The notes under the pieces: model-generated
Databases searched by the model: none
What the model was told of the DNA's origin: nothing
What the model saw: only the letters and a program-made list of their open reading frames with translations
Program-made: the position numbers and the translations under genes
NCBI GenBank assembly: GCA_000388065.2
Contig: KB932202.1
Length of the DNA: 14,171 nucleotides
From: Fonticula alba ATCC 38817
Lineage: Eukaryota > Protista > Nucleariida
Reading direction: 5' to 3' (one strand)
Part shown: in pieces, positions 8,409 through 14,171 of the stretch
How the letters are laid out: the number at the start of each line of letters is the position of its first letter
Position numbering within the stretch: the stretch's first letter is position 1

Positions 8409-11400
8409 GGCAGTCGCTGCCTCCAAGTCCAGGAGCATGGTTCCCATGAGGCTGGAGCTGCACCTGGGACAAACCCCGGTGCCAATGTCATCAAACCGAG
8501 TGGAACGGCTGTCGCTTGTGGCATCGATGACCCGCTCAATGCACTGCCGGCAACTGACCAGCTCACAGCAACTGGTGGCAATCGGCCCGATGGCCCGGTG
8601 CAGGCAGATATCACACAGACCGCCGGGGTCCGCCAGGCGAGCCAAAACCACGGGGCTCATTGATGGACTGGCCTGGCGCGGACGGAGTTCAATCGGTGAA
8701 ACGATTGATTGCCGTCGAGCGACAGGCGCCGAAGGGGCAACTGGGTCCCGGCTCCTGAGCGAGTCAGTCCCCCGGGCCTCCCTCCCGCCAGCAAGACCCT
8801 GATCCGCTGCCTTTGTCTCGGCCTCTTCCTCCTCCTTCTCATCTTCGGCTTCGGATAGGTCAGACTCCTCGGAAGAATCGCCCATGAGGCTGGTCAGGTC
8901 GATGGTGATCGGCCCGGTGCTGGCGCCGGTTGGGAGATGGGCCGCAGGCCCGGCTGCACCTTCCCCCATGTCCGATGTCCCAGAGTCCTGCTCTTCGGGC
9001 ACCGGAGCCGCCAGGCCAGCTCGTTGTAAGGAGGCCAGCTTCAGGGACATCACCTGCACAAGACCATGGAAGTCGCAGATCTGACGGAGGACCGTCAGCA
9101 GGACCAGGATATGCGACAGGGTATCTGAGCGCTTCTTGCCGCGGGCATTTCGGCCCCGGCGACCGGGCTGCTTGCGCAGCATCTTCTCCAGCCGGCTCTT
9201 GGTATAGAGGGCGATCGAGTCATAGTAGGACCGCTCGGTCGGCGAGAGGGTCACCTTCTCGATGGCCTCGTGCTTGGTTGGCAGCGAGACCAAAGACTTG
9301 CCCTCGATCTTGGTGGACTTCAATCGCCGGATGCAGATGTCCTTCATCAGATCTTGCAACTTTTCTACGTTCAGCGTGGAGGAGAGCCGCGAATTCCGGC
9401 GCTTGGGGGGGATAAATACCCGGCCCCAGTAGGCGTAGTTCTGAATCTGCGGCACTCGAAGGAACTTGATCAAGGAAAAAAGATCATCCAACTGGTTTTG
9501 GATGGGAGTGCCGGTCACGGCCCAGCGCCGCTCGGCCGACAGGCAAAAGGTGGCCTGTGACTGCTTGGCGCTCAGGGACTTGATGTTGTGCGCCTCGTCG
9601 AGAATGATGCTGATGGGGACAGACTGTCAGGGACTTTTGGAACAGCAGCTGCTGGAGGAACCGCACGAGGCCCGACGTACCGGCGCCAAAACACCTTGTG
9701 TAGGGGCCCCCATGTGTCCGGCGAAGCGGTGCCCCACTCGGAAGAAATGGTATTGTATGTGGTCAGAACCACATCGAAGCCGGACAGGAAGGCAATATCC
9801 TTGCGCCTTGAGGGCCCATGGTATGTATACTGTGTGAGGGTGTTCGGCTGAGTGTGAAGCTGTCGGTCGGGAGAACAAGCAGGCGTTTCGAAGCCAGGGG
9901 AAGGAGGTGAGAAAGCGCATGTCCGCATTGCTCCTGAGGAAGAACGAGAGAGAGAGAGAGAGGGAGAGAGAGAGAGAGGGAGAGGGAGAGAGAGGGGGGA
10001 GGGAGAGAGAGAGAGAGAGAGGGGAGAGGGAGAGGGAGGGCAAACGGAAGACAGCACGGAGAGTGTGTACGTACGATAATCTGTGACTCCCAATGGGAGA
10101 GCAACGACAGGGGACAAACAATGAGCGTGGCCCGAGATCGGAGGATCGGCCGCCGGAGGAAGGCAATCGGGTGGGGGTCCGGCAAGCCGAGGCGCGACGG
10201 GATCTCGACGAAATCCTCCGGGTTGATGGTGGTCGAGAGGGCCGGGTCCATGCGTTCGGTCGAAGCAATCAGCGCAATCAACTGGATGGTCTTACCGAGG
10301 CCCATGTCATCGGCGATGATTCCACCCCGAGTCAGGCGCGGGGTTTCCCATTGAGTGGTGTTGGTTTCACGGTTGATGTACTTGGCTGAGGGTGCGTGAT
10401 ACTCCCAGAAGAGAGTCTTCTGCTTCAGTTGCTCGCGGGGCTCGGCCTGGGAGGCGATGGGAAGGTTAGCCTGGGGGACCGGGAGGAAGAGGTCGCGGGG
10501 AAAGGAGAGGGCAAAAGGGAGAGAGGGGGAGGGAGGGAGGGAGGGAGGGAGCGCGCGCGCGCGCGCAAGTAAACGAGCAGAGACCGGGGCAAGGGGAGGG
10601 GAAGACCAATGCATGCCGAACAACCGCAGTGCCAGTCGCATCGCATGAATAAGAGCCATGTGTACCTCTCGCGCCCGTAGCCACCACAAGCCTTGAAGCT
10701 GGTAGGAAAAGAGGTTGGTCCGAAGATTGATAGGCTGCGGGGCCTCCGGGAGCATGGAGTGTGCCGACTGCAATGACTCGAACAGCTCCTCCAGGTATTC
10801 GCGACCGGACTCATCGTCCGACGAGGCCTCCTCGTCGGCACCATCCGCGAAGAGGTCAACGTCGATGTTGTTCGGTCGCGAAAGGGCCCCGGTGCCACGG
10901 AAGGCAGCCATCCCGTCGAAACCGCCACCGGACCCGGAGCCACCATCGTAGGTCGGCAGGGCCGCCCCGGTGATCGGGTCCACCAGAGCCGAATCCACGC
11001 CATCCCGATGGGTGATCAGCAGCCCGGCCGCCGTGCAGGCAGTGATGATGCGCGAGTGCTCGCCCAGAGGGGCGAAAAGCTCAATCGAGGCAAAAACGCT
11101 CGGCAGCCCACCCAGCGGAGCCAAGGACCGGGTCAGAGCCTGGTGCATTTGCCGGACGCCAGGATCCGGGTCGCTGGTCCGGTGGCCGGAGGAAACCCGC
11201 AGGAACCCCTCATCCACCGAGGCCACCGAGGCCCCCGAGCGCTGGTTGCCTGAAAAGTACTGCATCGTGTTGCCAGTGGCCCAGACGATACCGCGCTGGA
11301 AAAAGTCCACCAGCGGGTCGGCAGCCTGTGGATGCAAGAATCCCAGGGGCTCATTTGCCACCGGGATGGCGTGCCCTGGATGCGCGTGGATAGCCGCCAG

Positions 11401-13005
11401 CACGGGGATCCCGGAGAGGGTGTTCTTGAGGACTGGGGGGAATGATGTCAGACGAAACCATGGCGCAGGGGGGGGGGGAGAAAGGGGGGGGGGTTGGGGT
11501 GGAAGAGGAGGGAGTAGGGGTGAAGTGGCCGTGGGCAAGGCTCTCCACGGGAAAACCATGGCCGGGGTGAGAGGGTGGAGGGCCGGGCGGGGCGGGGGGG
11601 GCGGGGGGGGGGGGGGGGAGAGCAGGTGGCGGCGGGAGGCGGCAGTGGCAGTGGCGCTGGTGAAATAACAAGGGCGGCAGGAGGGGAAGATCAGAGAGGG
11701 TGGGAGGGGGCACGAACTGAAGCGGAAAGACTGTGGCATCAGCAGGGCCGGATCATCCGAGTCGTTTGTGATAAGCCGGGTTTGGAAGGTACAAACGGAG
11801 CGATAGGGCGGAGGCGGCGCTGGCCGGGCATTCAGATTGATGATGTCAATCGGCGTCAGGGCGAAGCCGTTGGGGATCAAGGAATCAGCGCTGGCCAGAA
11901 TTGGCGGAAGGGGGGGGAGGGGCGGCGGCGCAGGGGGCGTCGCCCGCGCGGCCATGGCGGTCTCGGTCGCGACGGCGTCATCTTTGAGCCCGACACCAGG
12001 TCGGATGGTCGCCCCTTCAGTGGCGCCAACCGCCACCTCGGCCCGGTCTGAGAGGGCCGCGCGCTTCGGGGGTGGGGCGTCTGGCCGAAGGGCAAGCCGA
12101 GAGAAGGAGAGATACACAGACAGGTCAGAACAGGGGCTGTGTGTGGGAGGTGGGAGGGGGGGCAGGTGGTGAGGAAACAGAACCCGGGGGGTGCACCTAC
12201 CCGGCAACGGGTTGGGAATGGCAACGAGATGGGGTCGTCGCGCGGCCGACAGATCGACATCCCCATCACTCCCGCCGGTGGCGACTGCCTGTGTCTCGCG
12301 AGTCACCGATCCCCGTCGGTGTGATGATACTGCCGGTGGTAGAGGGATGCTGGAAAAGAGCTGCATCACCACCGCGGGCGGCAGAGAGGCAAGAGGCAGG
12401 GTGGTGACGGAGTCCCCCCCGGCTGGGAGGATAGCATGCGTGGGCTTGGCATGCGGGGGAGCATGGCGAGCCACAGCGAGCTGGATCCCCCCGGGACCCG
12501 GGTTGCCGACCTTGCGCATGTCCCCCGGTCCGGAACTCGGCGCAGGTGCTTCAGTCTGGCGGGGAGACTGCGGGGAGCGTGGCGAGTGTGGCGACCCACC
12601 AATGGCCAGATGTGTGGGCAGCCTTGGGGCCTCCTCGGCGGCGGATGGGGCAGCAGCGGTCGGGGCGACCATGGTGGCGGTATGTCCGACATGGGAGATG
12701 CTTGGACGCCGGGCTGCCCGTGGGGGAATGGTCACCGGAAAGCGCCGAGGCGACAGAGGCCCAGGAGAAGTGGATGAAGGCGACAAAGTGGCGACACTGG
12801 GAAGCGGCTCGGAAGCTGGAGGAGGAAGGCCTGAAGACTCGGGTCCAGGAGAAACTGCATCGAAGAAGGGCCCATACTCCTCCGGGCCAGGCGGAGGATC
12901 TTGAGAGTACTCAGGGGCAGGGGAGTCGCTGCGGTGCAGGCGCCCGGGAGACTCTACCTCGGCGCTAGCATCGGGGCCAACAAGGACCCCGAACGTGGGA
13001 ACCAT
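7509..13005 (-). CDS. RAD5: RAD5/HLTF-like SNF2-family DNA translocase with degenerate HIRAN and RING-like domains, about 1528 aa
   Basis: Exons 13005-12201, 12080-11718, 11432-10666, 10446-10075, 9859-9681 and 9609-7509 sum to 4587 nt, a multiple of 3. Donors are GTAGGT, GTTCGT, GTACAC, GTACGT and GTACGT. Motifs: Q-motif LFSYQLQGLWWL, I GGIIADDMGLGKT, Ia TLIVCPLSLLSHW, YTYHG...DVVLTTY, II RIILDEAH, III RWAVTGTPIQNQLDDLFSLIKFL, RING-like CDIC...CPRC, [57 protein letters not shown]. An in-frame TGA two codons upstream supports ATG 13005. The family call is solid; exact orthology to RAD5 versus HLTF is inferred. Confidence 0.93.
8377..8406 (-). repeat. (GCC)10 coding trinucleotide repeat, encoding poly-Ala in the RAD5-like protein
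   Basis: Ten perfect GCC units on the plus strand; the minus-strand translation has an Ala run just after the RING. Confidence 0.95.
9946..10040. repeat. (GA)n/GGGA tract in RAD5-like intron 9860-10074
   Basis: Degenerate GA microsatellite read directly from the sequence. Confidence 0.93.
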
Positions 13006-13901
13006 GCCTCAGTGAGAAGAAAACCACAGGGACGGAGAGTGGCCGAGCACCTGGAACGCAGTGATGCCCAGGTAGCCAGCCTCAAAGTCCGGCGGGAAGA
13101 GGATGTGGGTGGTGATGGGAAGAAATAATGGGGGGAGGAGTCGGAGGGGGAGTCGGAGGGGGAGTCGGAGGGGGAGTCGGAGAAGGAAGACAGGGAGAGG
13201 GGGGGAGGGAGGGAGATGTATGCGGGGGCTGTCCCACAGGCTACCCTCCCACGCTTTGAGATCGCCACCAGTCTGTCCACAGAGCCCAACACAAGAGGGG
13301 CCGGGGACAATGTCAGGGAGGAGAGGCAATCCGACCGGCCAGGCGGGGTGAGGGTGGGGGGCGCGATTGGCTGTTTCAGGCGAGCACTGATGGGGGATGT
13401 CTCCCAGTTCCCCGGGCATCCTGCGGACCACATCTTGGGAATCTGAGACCAGAAAATAAAACCATCCAAATAAGAGCCCCGGCGACTGCGTTGCGGGCCG
13501 GGGAGGGGGGGAGGGGGGGGGGGGGGGAGCGGGCGAGAAACAGTTCCCGCAATACGAAGCGCGGGCGATCGTGGCGAAATGCGCCACTGCGTTGGCATAT
13601 GTGCTGGAGCATCATGTGCCCGGCCGCGTGTGAGTGCGCCGCGCTGTGCCCCACAGGCGGGTCCCTCGGCCTTCGCGCGTGCCGGCGAGGAGGGCAGGCG
13701 GGGAAGACAACCGAAAAAGGCCCTGGAGATTGGCCCCTTGCGGGGCCCAGCTTGGTCAAGCATCCTCCCCTCCCTGCATCCCACTCCGCCCCTGCCCTCC
13801 CTTCCCCTGTCCTCCCTCCCCCCCTCTCCTTCCTCTTTCCTGCCTGCCCTCTTCGCCTCCTGATTCCTGTAGGCGTCAACCATCCACCCGCAAACAACAC
13901 C
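13006..13901. promoter_or_regulatory. Divergent (head-to-head) intergenic region shared by the RAD5-like gene and IMP3
   Basis: 896 nt between two outward-facing start codons. Pyrimidine tracts ending in AG face each gene (minus 13051, plus 13872), suggesting leader introns and an even shorter core promoter. Confidence 0.6.
13137..13182. repeat. 12-nt tandem repeat (GGAGTCGGAGGG) x3.8 upstream of the RAD5-like start
   Basis: Three perfect units plus 10 of 12 nt of a fourth. Confidence 0.95.
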
Positions 13902-14044
13902 ATGTCGTCGATGCGTAAGCTGAAGTACCATGAGCAGAAGCTCCTGAAGAAGGTCAACTTCGTCGAGTGGAAGAGCGACGGTGGGCACCGCGAGGCGGCT
14001 GTCATGCGTCGCTATCACATCCAGGACCGTGAGGATTACATCAA
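13902..14044 (+). CDS. IMP3: U3 snoRNP protein IMP3 (S4-like RNA-binding), first coding exon; gene continues past the window
   Basis: Translates to [48 protein letters not shown], which matches the conserved Imp3 N-terminus (yeast [22 protein letters not shown]...YHIQNREDYHKYN). A phase-2 donor AA|GTGCGC at 14045 is followed by pyrimidine-rich intron sequence. Confidence 0.95.
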
Positions 14045-14171
14045 GTGCGCAGCCATATCTGTCCCTGCTTGCATCCCTCTCCCCAGATCGCTAACTCCCC
14101 TCACGTATCCCCCCTTCCTCTTCCCATGTTACCCCAAATCGCTCCAACTGGTGCATGCAACCCCCCCCCCC

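Noticed and set aside
9763-13005. The 1080-aa ORF taken as a single-exon protein
   Set aside because: It includes three in-frame introns and part of a fourth (LSLSLS/PPPP translations), and it drifts out of frame before motif II.

Overview
GC-rich genomic DNA from an intron-containing eukaryote. The style suggests a unicellular opisthokont such as Fonticula, but that is an unverified guess. Three genes can be rebuilt by hand from GT-AG junctions that keep the reading frame. (1) A minus-strand, fungal-type ADAM metalloprotease-disintegrin starts at ATG 4702, has 9 exons in the window and runs off the left edge. (2) A complete minus-strand RAD5/HLTF-like SNF2 ATPase spans 13005-7509 in 6 exons (1528 aa), with a degenerate HIRAN region and an atypical RING. 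(3) The first coding exon of IMP3 starts at 13902 on the plus strand, head-to-head with the helicase. A 30-N gap (5342-5371) lies inside a 2.1 kb GC-rich stretch that may hold an unrecognised plus-strand gene. The main finding is inside the unusually long 1166-nt ADAM intron (475-1640), which splits the disintegrin domain. Reading through its donor gives a stop-free 232-aa segment with 44 Asp, 29 His and no Lys. The segment ends at a TAG that overlaps a second, in-phase GT donor. The gene could therefore make a normal ADAM, a truncated form with a His/Asp metal-binding-like tail, or a full-length form with that segment inserted in the disintegrin domain.
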